64,000 bases of DNA, taken from Candidatus Eiseniibacteriota bacterium. Its GTDB lineage: Bacteria > Eisenbacteria > RBG-16-71-46 > CAVPCR01. Position 1 is the stretch's first letter; each line of letters opens with the position of its first letter. The position numbers and the translations under genes were made by a program. This document shows, piece after piece, positions 1-14,410 of the stretch. The notes under the pieces were generated by a model. It ran no database searches, had not been told where the DNA came from, and worked only from the letters and a program-made list of their open reading frames with translations. Where the stretch lies: contig CAVPCR010000003.1 in assembly GCA_963702435.1 (NCBI GenBank), positions 288,001 to 352,000 on the forward strand, given 5' to 3'.

Positions 1-1185
1 ACCAATAACTGCGCCGGCCGCGGCCCCGGCGGCGACACCGCCGCCCGCCGCGCGCGCGAAGTGGCCGCTCGCCGCCCCCACCGCGGTGCCCGGGGCCGCC
101 CGGGTGGCCCCGGCGTCGATCAGCACGCGCTCGAGCGCGGCGAGCGCCCCGAAGAGATCGGTCTCGTCGTAGTAGCCGAGATGCCCGAGGCGGAGGATCC
201 GCCCCTTCATGCTGCCCTGGCCGCCCGCGATCTTGACCCCGAAGCGCGCTTCGAGCTCCTTGCGCACGTGATCTCCGTCGAGCTCCGGAGGGATCGCGAA
301 CACGGTGACGACGTTCGACGGGCGCTCCGGGAAAATCGCGAAGCCGAGGGCGACGACCGCGCTCCGCGCCGCCGCCCCGAGGCGCGCATGGCGGGCGATC
401 GCCGCGGCCAGCCCCTCCGCGGCGAGGAGATCGAGCGCCGCGGCGAGGCCGGCGACGAGCGACACCGCCGGCGTGAACGGCGTCGTGCGCTTGCCGAGGG
501 CGCCGAGCGCGGCGCCCAGATCGAAGTAGAAGCGCGGGAGGTCGCTGGTCGCGAGCCGCTCGGCGGCCGCCGCCGAGAGCGCGACGAAGGCGAGCCCCGG
601 CGGCAGCATGAAGCCCTTCTGCGATCCCGAGACCACGGCGTCGAGCCCCCACTCGTCCATGCGGATCTCGTGGGCGCAGGCCGAGGTGACGGCATCCACG
701 GCGACGAGACAGCCGCGGGCGCGGGCCACGCGGGCAAGTCCCTCGAGATCCACGAGCACCCCGGTCGAGGTCTCCGAGTGGGTGAGGAACACGACCCGCA
801 CCGCGGGATGCGCGGCGAGGAGCGCATCGAGCGCGGCGGGGTCCGGCGCCCTTCCGTACTCGACGTCGAGCGCCACCACGGGAACGCCGTGCGCGGCGAG
901 GATCTCGCCCCAGCGCTCGCCGAACTTGCCGGCGCGGATGACCGCCGCCGGTTCCGCGCGGCGCGCGAGGTTGACGGCCGCCGCCTCCATGCCGCCCGTC
1001 CCCGAGGCGGCGAGGATGAGGACCGGCCGGGTCGTGCCGAAGATCGGACCCAGCCGCTCCGCGGTCCGCCCGAGAAGCGCCTCGAACTCCGCCGTCCGGT
1101 GATGGAGCGGCGGCTGGGCCATGGCGAGGAGCACCGCGGGCGGCACCTCGACCGGACCGGGCGTGAACAGGCGGCGCTTCAGCAT
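1..1185 (-). CDS. Class V PLP aminotransferase (alanine-glyoxylate/serine-pyruvate family), 3' end runs off the window
   Basis: Manual translation from ATG at 1185 gives MLKRRLFTPGPVEVP...ASGTGGMEAA...HSETSTG...VDAVT...GSQKGFMLPPGLAF. No stop occurs before position 1, so it is absent from the ORF track. Confidence 0.9.
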   Translation of the reverse strand, partial: MLKRRLFTPGPVEVPPAVLLAMAQPPLHHRTAEFEALLGRTAERLGPIFGTTRPVLILAASGTGGMEAAAVNLARRAEPAAVIRAGKFGERWGEILAAHGVPVVALDVEYGRAPDPAALDALLAAHPAVRVVFLTHSETSTGVLVDLEGLARVARARGCLVAVDAVTSACAHEIRMDEWGLDAVVSGSQKGFMLPPGLAFVALSAAAAERLATSDLPRFYFDLGAALGALGKRTTPFTPAVSLVAGLAAALDLLAAEGLAAAIARHARLGAAARSAVVALGFAIFPERPSNVVTVFAIPPELDGDHVRKELEARFGVKIAGGQGSMKGRILRLGHLGYYDETDLFGALAALERVLIDAGATRAAPGTAVGAASGHFARAAGGGVAAGAAAGAVIG

Positions 1186-1331
1186 GCGGGAGGATCCTCG
1201 GAAGTGGACGGCAAAACGGGAGCCCGCGGGGCTCCCGTGACCGGAGTGTAGGGGAAGGCACGGCCCCACGCAACGATTCATGACGGGTCAGGACGGGCGG
1301 CCCGCCGGCCACCGCAGGCCGGCGCCCGGAG

Positions 1332-2570
1332 CTAAGCGGCGCTCGAGCCCGCGGCCGCCACCGCCTCGAGGAGCTCGACCTCCATCCGCACCCGCTCCTC
1401 CCACGACACGAAGCGCGCGCGGGCTGCGGCGTGTCCCGCCGCCCCGAGGGCCCGTCGCTCCTCGGGCGCCGCCGCCAGGCGGCCGATGGCGCGGGCGAGC
1501 GCCGGCACATCGCCGGGCGGGACGAGGAGCCCGGTCCGGCCGTCGGCGACGACGCCCGCGGTCGCTCCGGCGTCCATCGCCACGACCGGCAGCCGGCACA
1601 GCATGGCCTCGCAGGTCGGGAGCCCGGCGTTGGTCAGATCATGTGGCGCGACGTAGATGTCGGCGGCGGACATGAGCTCGGGCACCCGGTCGCGATCGAT
1701 GGGCCCGAGGAATCGGACGCGCGACGCGACGCCGAGGCGCGCGGCGAGCGCGCCGAGCGCTGCGCGCTCGACGCCGTCCCCGCCGATGAGCGCGCTCACG
1801 CGCGTCTCGCCCGCCCGCGCGAGGAGCTCGATCGCGGCGATCACGCGATCCACGCGCTTGAGCGGGAGGAGGTTGGCGAGGGTGAGCGTGTAGATCGCGT
1901 CGGGGGCGAGCCCGAGCCGCATGCGGGCCGCGGCGCTCGCTCCGCCGGCGGGCAGGGGGAGCTCGCCCCACTCGACGTTGACGCCGTTCGGCCAGAAGAG
2001 GAGCCGCTCCCGCGGCACGCCGAGCCGGAGCGCCGCCTCGTCACCGCCCGTGCCGTCATCGAGCACGATGACGCGCGCGTAGCGCCGGCGGAACGCGAGA
2101 TAGTGCTCCGCATGGCGCAGGACGTGGAGGAGCCGCGGCTCCCAGCGGGTGTTGAGGAGGAGGACGCCGAAGAACTTGGCGACGACCGGGATCCCGAGCC
2201 GCTCGCCGGCGGCCGCGGCCCACGGTGCGGTGTGGAAGCTGTGCGCGAGGATGAGATCGGGGCGGAGCGACCGCGCCAGCTCGCCGCCGTCGCGCCCGAA
2301 GGCCTGGCGGGCGCGATGGAGATCGCGCAGGCGACCGAGCTGGCCGCGCACCTTGCCGCGGAGCCGGGTGGCCGGATACGGGAGCGGATGGAGATCGAGC
2401 CGGCCCGGCCCTTCGTCCGGAAGCGCGTAGTTCGCCCCGCGCGGGGCGGCGATGTGAACCTCGTGGCCGCGGCGGACGAGGGCGCGGAAGGTCAGATACT
2501 CGTCGGGCACTCCACCCTGCCGGCCCACCTCCCAGAACCCCACCCAGGGAGTCATGACGAGGATCCGCAC
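1332..2570 (-). CDS. Glycosyltransferase family 4 (GT-B)
   Basis: MRILVMTP start, GT4 C-terminal motifs (KRVDRVI, MSAADIYV, GLPTCEAMLC, DGRTGLLVPPGD), GAGGAG RBS before the GTG start. Confidence 0.88.
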   Translation of the reverse strand: MRILVMTPWVGFWEVGRQGGVPDEYLTFRALVRRGHEVHIAAPRGANYALPDEGPGRLDLHPLPYPATRLRGKVRGQLGRLRDLHRARQAFGRDGGELARSLRPDLILAHSFHTAPWAAAAGERLGIPVVAKFFGVLLLNTRWEPRLLHVLRHAEHYLAFRRRYARVIVLDDGTGGDEAALRLGVPRERLLFWPNGVNVEWGELPLPAGGASAAARMRLGLAPDAIYTLTLANLLPLKRVDRVIAAIELLARAGETRVSALIGGDGVERAALGALAARLGVASRVRFLGPIDRDRVPELMSAADIYVAPHDLTNAGLPTCEAMLCRLPVVAMDAGATAGVVADGRTGLLVPPGDVPALARAIGRLAAAPEERRALGAAGHAAARARFVSWEERVRMEVELLEAVAAAGSSAA

Positions 2571-2626
2571 CGACTCCTCCCCCGCGCCGGCGGGTGGTCC
2601 CGCGTCCCGCGGCGCCTCACGGGCTG

Positions 2627-5317
<2,691 letters not shown>

Positions 5318-5400
5318 CCGGAAATCCTTTCACGGGGACTCGAGCGGCGGCCGCCGCGCGCGCAAGGCGCGCGCCGCCGCGGGGCGCCCGGCGTACGGGA

Positions 5401-6665
<1,265 letters not shown>

Positions 6666-6709
6666 GCATCTCCTCGGGTGACCCGTCGTACCGTCGTGCC
6701 GGCGTCCGG

Positions 6710-7313
6710 TTATCGGCCTCGCCTACTTCCGCTTCGTACGATGACCTCGTCGACGAGGCCGTACTCCTTGGCCTCCTCGGCCGACATGAAGAAGTTGCGG
6801 TCGGTGTCCTTCTCGATCTTCTCGAGCGGCTGCCCGGTGTGCCTGGACCAGGATCTCGTTCAGCTTCTCCGCGGAGAGTGAGGATCTCCTTGGTGTAGAT
6901 CTCGATGTCGGTGGCCTGGCCCTGGCTGCCGCCCAGCGGCTGGTGGATCATGATCCGCGAGTTGGGGAGCGCCGAGCGCTTGCCCTTGGCCCCCGCGGCG
7001 AGCAGGAGCGCGCCCATGCGAGGCGGCCTGCCCCATGCAGATGGTGGCGACGTCCGGCTTGATGAACTGCATGGTGTCGTAGATGGCGAGCCCGGCCGAG
7101 ACGATCCCGCCCGGGCGAATGGATGTAGAGGTGGATGTCGCGGTCCGGATCCTCGGCCTCGAGGAAGAGCAGCTGGGCGATGACCAGGTTGGCCACCATG
7201 TCGTCGATCGGCGTGCCGATGAAGATGATCCGGTCCTTGAGCAGCCGCGAGAAGATGTCGTAGGCCCGCTCGCCGCGCCCGGTCTGCTCGACCACGATCG
7301 GAACGAGTGCCAT
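6710..7313 (-). CDS. clpP: ATP-dependent Clp protease proteolytic subunit; frameshifted in this sequence
   Basis: [67 protein letters not shown]. Confidence 0.93.
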
Positions 7314-7465
7314 GGACTCTCCTTCTTCCTTGATCCTGACTCACCACAAGCCCGGGACGCTCGGCCCCGAGCCGCGCCGCGACTCCTCTCGCCCCGGACC
7401 CCCCGTGGCAAGGCGGCGCGACATGGACGACCCCCCGGCCCGCGGCCGGCCGGCAGGGGCTCCCC

Positions 7466-8845
7466 CTATGGATCGTACGGCGTCACGATCCGCTTCCGCT
7501 TGCTCGATTGCTCGACACGCTGCACATCGGCCGTATCTACAAGTAGTTTGAGGACTTTTCGCTCGAGGAGGATGTCCCGCAGGCGCTCCACCCGCTCTGC
7601 CTTCTCTGAACCGGTCACCTCCGGCGCCGGTTCCCCCGACCGCCGTCCCGAACGCTCGAGCCGGCGGTACTCCGCGTCGGCCTCCTCCTGACTCACTTCG
7701 AGACCCCTGGCCTCGGCGAGGGCCGTCACCATGAGCTCGCGCCGGACGTTGGCGACCGCCGCCTCGCGGGCCTCGACGGCCACTCGCTCGCGCGCCGCCG
7801 CATCGAGATCCGGGTAATCGTGGAGGGCGCTCTCGTACATCCGATCGGCCGCCGCGCGCACGAGCCGCTCCGGGATCTCGAGCCTGGCGCCGGCCGCGAG
7901 CCGATCGAGGATCTCGCGCTCGACCGCACGCGTCGCGCGGAGCTCCTCGTCCGCCTCGAGGCGCGCGCGAATGTGGGTACGCAGCCCCGCCAGGTCGGTG
8001 ACGCCGCTCGCACCGGCGAGATTCTGGGCCAGAAGACGCGCGAAGTCATCGTCGAGCGCGGGAACGATCTTCGACTCGACCCGCTTCAACTCGAGCCGGT
8101 GGTAGCGTGCCGCCGCCGCTTCCTGCCCCTCGCCTTCCCGGGGCGGGACCTCTACGATCGCCGACTCCCCGGCGCGCCGGCCGCCCAGCGCGGCGATCCA
8201 CGACTCCGGCACCGCCTCCGGGACGAGCTCGGCGCGGAGGTCCGGCTGGCGGCGGCCGATGATCGGCACCTGCCCCGGTCCAAGCTCCGAGATATCGAAG
8301 GTCACCACATCGCCCGGCGCGGCCGGGCGATCGGCCGGCTCCAGGCGGGCCAGCCGCTCGCGCAGGCTGCCGAGGACCCGATCGACCTCCTCCTCCTCGG
8401 TCGGATGCACCACCTTCTGCACGTGGATCTGCGCGGGATCGCCGGGCTCGATGTGCGGGCGGACATCGACGCGCGCCCGGAAGGTGAGCGGCGCGCCTTC
8501 CTTGTCCTCGACGCGCGACAGCTCGGGTTCGGCGATCGGGTGGAGGTGCTCGTTGCGCATCGCCTCCCACAGCGCCTCGCCGAGCAGCCGCCGCACGACC
8601 TCGGCGCGCACATCGCGCCCGAAGCGCGACTCGACGACCGAGCGCGGCACCTTGCCCTTGCGGAACCCGGGCAGCGTCAGGTCGCGGCGGAGGTCGTCGA
8701 TCGCCGCCGACACCTGGCTCGCCACCTCGTCGGCCGGCACCTCGAGCGTCAAGTCGCGACCGAAGGCATCCTCCTCGCGGATCTCCTTGACGACGACCTT
8801 CATGCGCGGGCTCCTGGCCACATCCTCGGCGGTGGTTGGCTCCAT
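7466..8845 (-). CDS. tig: Trigger factor
   Basis: Ribosome-binding signature PGFRKGKVP and an FKBP-like middle region; lies between tRNA-Leu and clpP; AAGGAG RBS before ATG at 8845. Confidence 0.9.
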   Translation of the reverse strand: MEPTTAEDVARSPRMKVVVKEIREEDAFGRDLTLEVPADEVASQVSAAIDDLRRDLTLPGFRKGKVPRSVVESRFGRDVRAEVVRRLLGEALWEAMRNEHLHPIAEPELSRVEDKEGAPLTFRARVDVRPHIEPGDPAQIHVQKVVHPTEEEEVDRVLGSLRERLARLEPADRPAAPGDVVTFDISELGPGQVPIIGRRQPDLRAELVPEAVPESWIAALGGRRAGESAIVEVPPREGEGQEAAAARYHRLELKRVESKIVPALDDDFARLLAQNLAGASGVTDLAGLRTHIRARLEADEELRATRAVEREILDRLAAGARLEIPERLVRAAADRMYESALHDYPDLDAAARERVAVEAREAAVANVRRELMVTALAEARGLEVSQEEADAEYRRLERSGRRSGEPAPEVTGSEKAERVERLRDILLERKVLKLLVDTADVQRVEQSSKRKRIVTPYDP

Positions 8846-8922
8846 GTCTCCTTCGGCTTCCTCTTGGCTCATCATCCGGACGCAGGCCCCAACGGCAGGC
8901 ACCGGCGACTCGCGCGCACGCC

Positions 8923-9007
8923 TGGTGCGAGAGGGGGGACTCGAACCCCCACGGGTCGCCCCACTAGATCCTAAGTCTAGCGCGTCTGCCAGTTCCGCCA
9001 CTCTCGC
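8923..9007 (-). tRNA. tRNA-Leu (anticodon TAG)
   Basis: GCGAGAGTGGCGGAACTGGCAGACGCGCTAGACTTAGGATCTAGTGGGGCGACCCGTGGGGGTTCGAGTCCCCCCTCTCGCACCA shows acceptor stem, anticodon loop CTTAGGA, long variable arm, TTCGA T-loop and encoded CCA. Confidence 0.97.
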
Positions 9008-9167
9008 GCGCGAAACACTGGAGCATGGCGCACCGCGGGCGCCGCGGTCAAGGTGAAGTCCGCGCCGGCGAAAAGGCCCCGCTCCGTCGAAAGGACCCCG
9101 CACCGCCGCCCGGCGTGAGGCGTGCGGCGCTGTGCGCCGCAAGCGAGAAAGGTTTCTCGCCGGCCTC

Positions 9168-10244
9168 CTAGCGCGACGCCGTGGCGAAGCTCTCGGCCAC
9201 GAGTTTCGCGAGGAGATCGCCGATCTCGGAGGTCTTCCGCCCGGAGTCGGCGCCGAGGCTCGGCAGGTGGCGCTCGACGAGAGCGCGCCGGATCGCGTCC
9301 TCGACGGCCGCCGCGGCCGCCGACTCGCCGAGGAAAGCGAGCATCATCTGCACCGCTGCGATCGTGGCGAGGGGATTGGCCACGTTCTTCCCCGCGTACT
9401 TGGGCGCCGAGCCGTGGATCGGCTCGAACATCGAGACCCGGCCCGGGTGGATGTTGCCGGAGGCCGCGACCCCGAGCCCCCCCTGGAGCATGGCGCCGAT
9501 GTCGGTCAGGATGTCTCCGAACATGTTGGTGGTGACGACCACATCGAACCACTCGGGGTTCTTGACGAGCCACATGCACGCGGCGTCGATGTAGATGCCT
9601 TCGGTCTTGACGTCGGGATACTCGCGTCCCACTTCGGCGAGCGTGCGCCGCCAGAGGTCGTGGGCGCGCACGGCGTTCGCCTTGTCCACGAGATGGAGCT
9701 GGCGGCGCGGGCGACGGCGAGCGATCTCGAAGGCGTAGCGCACCGCGCGCTCGCAGCCCTTCCGGGTCACGATCATGTCCCCGATCGCGATCTCGTCCGG
9801 GGTGCCCTGCTTGAAGAACCCGCCCACCCCGACGTAGAGATCCTCGGTGTTCTCGCGGACCACGATGATGTCGAGGTCCTCCGGCCGCTTGCCCTTGAGC
9901 GGGCAGAGGTGCTCCGCGTAGAGCTTGATCGGGCGGAGGTTGACGTACATGTCGAGCTTCCAGCGGAGCCCGCCGATCACCGCCCGCTCGACGAGCCCGA
10001 CCTCGACCCGCGGGTCGCCGATCGCCCCGAGGAGCACGGCATCCATGCCCTTGATCTCCTCGAGCACGGAGTCCGGAAAGAGCTCGCCGGTGGCCAGGTA
10101 GTGCTCGGATCCGTGCGGGTACGGGTGGAGCCGGGTCTCGAAGCCCGCGTGCTCGGCGACCACCGCGAGCACCTTGAGGCCCTCCCGCACCACCTCCGGC
10201 CCGATGCCGTCCCCGCCGATGACCGCGATGTCGTAGGTCTTCAT
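9168..10244 (-). CDS. leuB: 3-isopropylmalate dehydrogenase / beta-decarboxylating dehydrogenase family
   Basis: GDGIGPEV, YVNLRP, RENTEDLY, DKANA, NMFGDILTD, FEPIHGSAPKYAGKNVANP. Confidence 0.82.
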   Translation of the reverse strand: MKTYDIAVIGGDGIGPEVVREGLKVLAVVAEHAGFETRLHPYPHGSEHYLATGELFPDSVLEEIKGMDAVLLGAIGDPRVEVGLVERAVIGGLRWKLDMYVNLRPIKLYAEHLCPLKGKRPEDLDIIVVRENTEDLYVGVGGFFKQGTPDEIAIGDMIVTRKGCERAVRYAFEIARRRPRRQLHLVDKANAVRAHDLWRRTLAEVGREYPDVKTEGIYIDAACMWLVKNPEWFDVVVTTNMFGDILTDIGAMLQGGLGVAASGNIHPGRVSMFEPIHGSAPKYAGKNVANPLATIAAVQMMLAFLGESAAAAAVEDAIRRALVERHLPSLGADSGRKTSEIGDLLAKLVAESFATASR

Positions 10245-10308
10245 CGTCCCCCCATCCCCGCCGGCCGGCTCCCGCCGCGCCCCGGAGGGGCGGCTCGTCC
10301 CGCCTAGC

Positions 10309-10818
10309 TCATTTCGCCTTCTTGAGTTCCAGCTTCCGCTTGACGTACGACATGAGGCCGCCGGCCTCCCCGATCTGGCGCGCAAAGGCCGGCAGCTCCC
10401 GGGCCTGCCAGCTCGTGCCGCGGGTCACGTTCCTGATGATCCCGGTGGTCGGATCCACCTCCAGCCGGTCCCCCTCCCGGATCCCGGCCACGGCCTCCGG
10501 CGACTCGAAGATGGGGAGCCCGATGTTGATCGAGTTCCGGAAGAAGATCCGGGCGTAGCCCTTGGCGATGACCGCTCCCACCCCGGCGAGCTTCATCCCG
10601 AGGGGCGCCACCTCCCGCGAGCTCCCGCAGCCGAAGTTCTCCCCCGCGACCACCACGTCCCCCGGCTTCACCTCGTGCCGGAAGGTGTCGGAGAGATCCT
10701 CCATCACGTGCGAGGCGAGCTCCTTCGGATCGATGATGTGGCAGTAACGGCCGGGCATGATGACGTCGGTGTCGACGTTGTCCCCGAAGACCCAGGCGCG
10801 TCCGCTGGTCGCTGACAC
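10309..10818 (-). CDS. leuD: 3-isopropylmalate dehydratase/homoaconitase small subunit
   Basis: GRAWVFGDNVDTDVIMPG, NFGCGSSRE, ARIFFRNSINIGLP; GTG start after GGAGGGAG. Confidence 0.85.
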   Translation of the reverse strand: MSATSGRAWVFGDNVDTDVIMPGRYCHIIDPKELASHVMEDLSDTFRHEVKPGDVVVAGENFGCGSSREVAPLGMKLAGVGAVIAKGYARIFFRNSINIGLPIFESPEAVAGIREGDRLEVDPTTGIIRNVTRGTSWQARELPAFARQIGEAGGLMSYVKRKLELKKAK

Positions 10819-10829
10819 TCCACTCCCTC

Positions 10830-12128
10830 CTACGACGCCTGCCCGGCGCTCGCCGGCGCGGCCACATCCGCCGGGTCGGTGATGACCCCGGTCAACGCGG
10901 TGGCGGCCGCCACCGCCGGATTGGCGAGATAGACCTGGGCCGTCTTGGCCCCCATGCGGCCGACGAAGTTGCGATTGGTGGTCGAGAGGCTCACCTCGCC
11001 GTCCCCGAGGATGCCGTTGTTCCCACCGAAGCAGGGCCCGCAGGTCGGCGGGTTCATCAAGCAACCGGCGGCGATGAGATCGGTGACGATGCCTTCCCGC
11101 GCCGCCTCGAGGTAGACCCGCTGGCTCCCCGGGAAGACGATCACCTTGATGCGCGGATCGGTCTGCTTGCCGCGAAGAATCTGGTGGACGACCCGGAGAT
11201 CCTCGATCCGCCCGTTGGTGCACGAGCCGATCGTGACCTGGTCGACGCGGGTCCCCGCCACCTCGCGCACGTCCACCACGTTCGACGGCATGAACGGCTT
11301 CGCCACCTGCGGCCGGATCGGCGTCATGTCGAGCTCGATCTCGCGCGCGTAGCGGGCCCCGGGATCCGGCGCCACGGTCGTGAAGGGGCGCGCCGTCCGC
11401 GCCCGCACGAAGGCCGCGGTGGCCTGGTCCGCGGCGAAGATCGCAGTCTTCGCTCCCGACTCGGCCGCCATGTTGGAGATGGTCAGGCGGTCGACGACGG
11501 TCAGGTTCGAAAGCCCCGGTCCGCCGTACTCGAGCACCTGGTAGCTGGCCCCCGAGATCCCGATCCGCCCGATGAGCGTGAGAACGACGTCCTTCCCCGA
11601 GACCCAGGGGCCGAGCGTGCCCTTGAGCGTGACCCGGATCGACTCGGGCACGCGGAGCCAGAGCTCACCGGTGGCCATGACCGCCGCCACGTCGGTGTGG
11701 CCGATGCCGACCGCGAAGCAGTTGAGAGCGCCGTAGGTGCAGGTGTGCGAGTCGCCCCCCGCGATCAGCTCGCCGGGCGCACACAAACCCTCGTCGGGCA
11801 CGAGCACGTGCTGGATGCCGCCCCGCCCCATCTCGTAGTAGCGGGTCCCGTGGTGCTCGGCGAAGAGCTTGACACCGCGCGCGTTGTTCGCCGAGAGGAT
11901 GTCCCGGTTCGGCACCAGGTGGTCCGGGATCAGGCACACCTTCTCGGGATCGAAGACCTCGTCGATGCCGGCCTTCTCGAGCTCGCGGATCGCCATGATG
12001 CCGGAGAGGTCGGAGGCGGTGACGAGATCCACCTGGGCCTCGAGGATCTCCCCGGGCGTGACGTGGTCGCGCCCTGCGTGGCGGGCGATGATCTGCTCGG
12101 CAATCGTCATCGGATGCTCTTGTGCCAT
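10830..12128 (-). CDS. leuC: 3-isopropylmalate dehydratase/homoaconitase large subunit
   Basis: DSHTCTYGA, IGSCTNGRIEDL, CGPCFG (4Fe-4S cysteines), STTNRNFVGRMG. Confidence 0.85.
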   Translation of the reverse strand: MAQEHPMTIAEQIIARHAGRDHVTPGEILEAQVDLVTASDLSGIMAIRELEKAGIDEVFDPEKVCLIPDHLVPNRDILSANNARGVKLFAEHHGTRYYEMGRGGIQHVLVPDEGLCAPGELIAGGDSHTCTYGALNCFAVGIGHTDVAAVMATGELWLRVPESIRVTLKGTLGPWVSGKDVVLTLIGRIGISGASYQVLEYGGPGLSNLTVVDRLTISNMAAESGAKTAIFAADQATAAFVRARTARPFTTVAPDPGARYAREIELDMTPIRPQVAKPFMPSNVVDVREVAGTRVDQVTIGSCTNGRIEDLRVVHQILRGKQTDPRIKVIVFPGSQRVYLEAAREGIVTDLIAAGCLMNPPTCGPCFGGNNGILGDGEVSLSTTNRNFVGRMGAKTAQVYLANPAVAAATALTGVITDPADVAAPASAGQAS

Positions 12129-12158
12129 GCTCAGTCTCCGGGAAACGGCGTGCCCGAT

Positions 12159-13367
12159 CTAGGCGGCCGCCACGAGGATGGCGATGCCCTGGCCTCCGCC
12201 GATGCAGGCGGACGCGATCCCGAGCCGGCGCCCGCGACGCTTGAGCTCGAGGAGGAGCGTGAGGACGAGGCGGGTGCCGGTCGCGCCGAGCGGATGCCCG
12301 AGCGCGATGGCGCCGCCGTTCACGTTGACCCGTTCGCGGTCGAGGTCGAGCTCCCGCTCGACGGCGAGATACTGGCCGGAGAAGGCCTCGTTGATCTCGA
12401 AGAGGTCGATGTCGGCGAGCGTGAGCCCCTGCTTCTCGAGGAGCTTCCGGATCGCCGGCGCCGGCCCGATGCCCATCTCCGACGGCTCGACCCCGACGAT
12501 GGCCCAGTCGCGCACGGTACCCAGGTGGGCGCGCCCGCCGGGCGCGGCATCCGCCGCCTGGAGGACGACGGCGGACCCGCCGTCGACGATCCCCGAGGCG
12601 TTCCCGGCCGTGACGAAGCCGTCCTTCGAGAAGACGACCGGGAGCTTCGCGAGCTGCTCGACCGTCGACTCCGGACGGAGGTGATCGTCGCGCTCGACCA
12701 CGATGTCCTTCCCGCCCTGCTTCACGGTGACCGGCGTGATCTCCTCCTTGAACAGGCCGGCGGCCTGCGCCCGCCCCGCCTCGCGCTGGCTCCGGACCGC
12801 GAAGGCATCCTGCTCCTCGCGGCTCAGGCCGTAGCGATGGGCGAGCTTCTCCGCGGTCTGCGCCATCACGAGCCCGCAGTAGGGATCGAGGAGGGCCGCC
12901 ATGAGCAGGTCTTCGAGCTTCCCCTGTCCGAGGCGGAAGCCCGAGCGCGCGCCGCGGATGATGTGCGGGCACTGGCTCATGTTCTCCATCCCGCCCGCGA
13001 GGACCGTCGTCGCCTCGCCGAGCTGGATGAGCTGGCTGCCGGTGATGATCGACTGGATACCCGAGCCGCAGAGGCGGTTCACGGTGAGGGCGGGAACCTC
13101 GAGCGGCACGCCGGCCTTGAGCCCGACGTGACGCGCGCCATAGATCATCTCGGGCGCCGACTGGATCGCGTTCCCGAAGATCACGTGGTCGATCGCCCGC
13201 GGCTCGACGTCCGCCCGCGCGAGGGCGGCGCGCGCGGCATGGGCGCCGAGCTCGATCGCGGAAAGGCTCCGGAAGGCGCCGCCCGGCCGGCCGTCGCCGG
13301 TCATCCCCGTTTCGTACTCCGCCATCGCCGTACGAGCGCCGGCGAGTATCCGAACCTCACGTGCCAT
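12159..13367 (-). CDS. Acetyl-CoA C-acyltransferase (thiolase)
   Basis: [34 protein letters not shown]. Confidence 0.92.
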   Translation of the reverse strand: MAREVRILAGARTAMAEYETGMTGDGRPGGAFRSLSAIELGAHAARAALARADVEPRAIDHVIFGNAIQSAPEMIYGARHVGLKAGVPLEVPALTVNRLCGSGIQSIITGSQLIQLGEATTVLAGGMENMSQCPHIIRGARSGFRLGQGKLEDLLMAALLDPYCGLVMAQTAEKLAHRYGLSREEQDAFAVRSQREAGRAQAAGLFKEEITPVTVKQGGKDIVVERDDHLRPESTVEQLAKLPVVFSKDGFVTAGNASGIVDGGSAVVLQAADAAPGGRAHLGTVRDWAIVGVEPSEMGIGPAPAIRKLLEKQGLTLADIDLFEINEAFSGQYLAVERELDLDRERVNVNGGAIALGHPLGATGTRLVLTLLLELKRRGRRLGIASACIGGGQGIAILVAAA

Positions 13368-13543
13368 CGCATCTCCCTCGCCAGCCGCGCCCGCGCGGAT
13401 GCCCGGGGGGGGTGGTCCAACGAAGCAGGAGTCCCGATCGGCCGGCCGGGACCGGGTCACACCCGGGGGCGGATTCTATCCTGGTTAGGATAGGGAAAGC
13501 GACCGCCCGGGCTCAGGTTCCCCGGGCCCCGACCTGCCCCCGA

Positions 13544-14338
13544 TCAGCTTCCGGTGAAGGCGGCCTTGCGCTTCTCGCGGAAGGCCCCCATCCCCTCGTG
13601 CAGGTCACGGCTCGCGAAGAGGCGCCCGAAGGCCTGCGCCTCGAGTTCGAGGCCGACCCCGAGCGGTGCGTCGAGCCCGGTGCGGATGACCTCGAGGGCG
13701 GCGGCCACCGCGAGGGGGCCCCGGCCGAGGATGGTCGTAAGGAGCGCCCTCGCGGCGGGGAGGAGCTCGGCGGCGAGGACGACCTTGTTCACGAGCCCGA
13801 TCCGCTCCGCCTCGGCGGCCCCGATCGGATCCCCGGTCAGGATCATCTCCATCGCCTTCCCGCGCCCTACGAGACGGGCGAGCCGTTGCGTCCCCCCGTA
13901 CCCCGGAATGACTCCGAGGAGCACCTCGGGCTGTCCGAGCTTGGCCGTGTCGGCCGCGATACGGAGGGTCGCCGCGAGCGCGAGCTCGAGCCCGCCACCG
14001 AGCGCGTAGCCGTTCACCGCGGCGATGCTCGGCTTCGGCATGGTCTCGAGCCGGGCGAAGACGCCCTGCCCGAAGCACGAGGCCCGGTACCCACCGGTCG
14101 CATCGAGCCGATCCAGCTCCTGGATGTCCGCCCCGGCGACGAAGGCCTTCGCGCCGCCGCCGGTCACGATGACCCCGCCCACGGCCGGATCGGATGCCAG
14201 CGCGGCGAAGCTCCGGTCGAGCTCCTCGAGCACGGCGTGAGTCAGCGCATTGAGCGCCTGCGGCCGGTCGATGGTGACCGTCGCGATGCGGTCCGCGATC
14301 TCGACTCGCACCGCGGAACCGGAAGGATCCATGCTCAT
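13544..14338 (-). CDS. Enoyl-CoA hydratase (crotonase)
   Basis: AFVAGADI, AVNGYALGGGLE, GQPEVLLGVIPGYGGTQRL. Confidence 0.92.
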   Translation of the reverse strand: MSMDPSGSAVRVEIADRIATVTIDRPQALNALTHAVLEELDRSFAALASDPAVGGVIVTGGGAKAFVAGADIQELDRLDATGGYRASCFGQGVFARLETMPKPSIAAVNGYALGGGLELALAATLRIAADTAKLGQPEVLLGVIPGYGGTQRLARLVGRGKAMEMILTGDPIGAAEAERIGLVNKVVLAAELLPAARALLTTILGRGPLAVAAALEVIRTGLDAPLGVGLELEAQAFGRLFASRDLHEGMGAFREKRKAAFTGS

Positions 14339-14410
14339 CGTCGTCTCCTCCTGGGCCGTCGTCCCCTCCCGGACCTGCGCGCCGGCAAACAGCGCGCAGG
14401 GCTCGCCCGC

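Noticed and set aside
8923..9007. tRNA-Leu as the integration site of a genomic island
   Set aside because: I found no duplicated tRNA 3' end, integrase or compositional shift, and tRNA-Leu-tig-clpP-clpX-lon is the ordinary arrangement.
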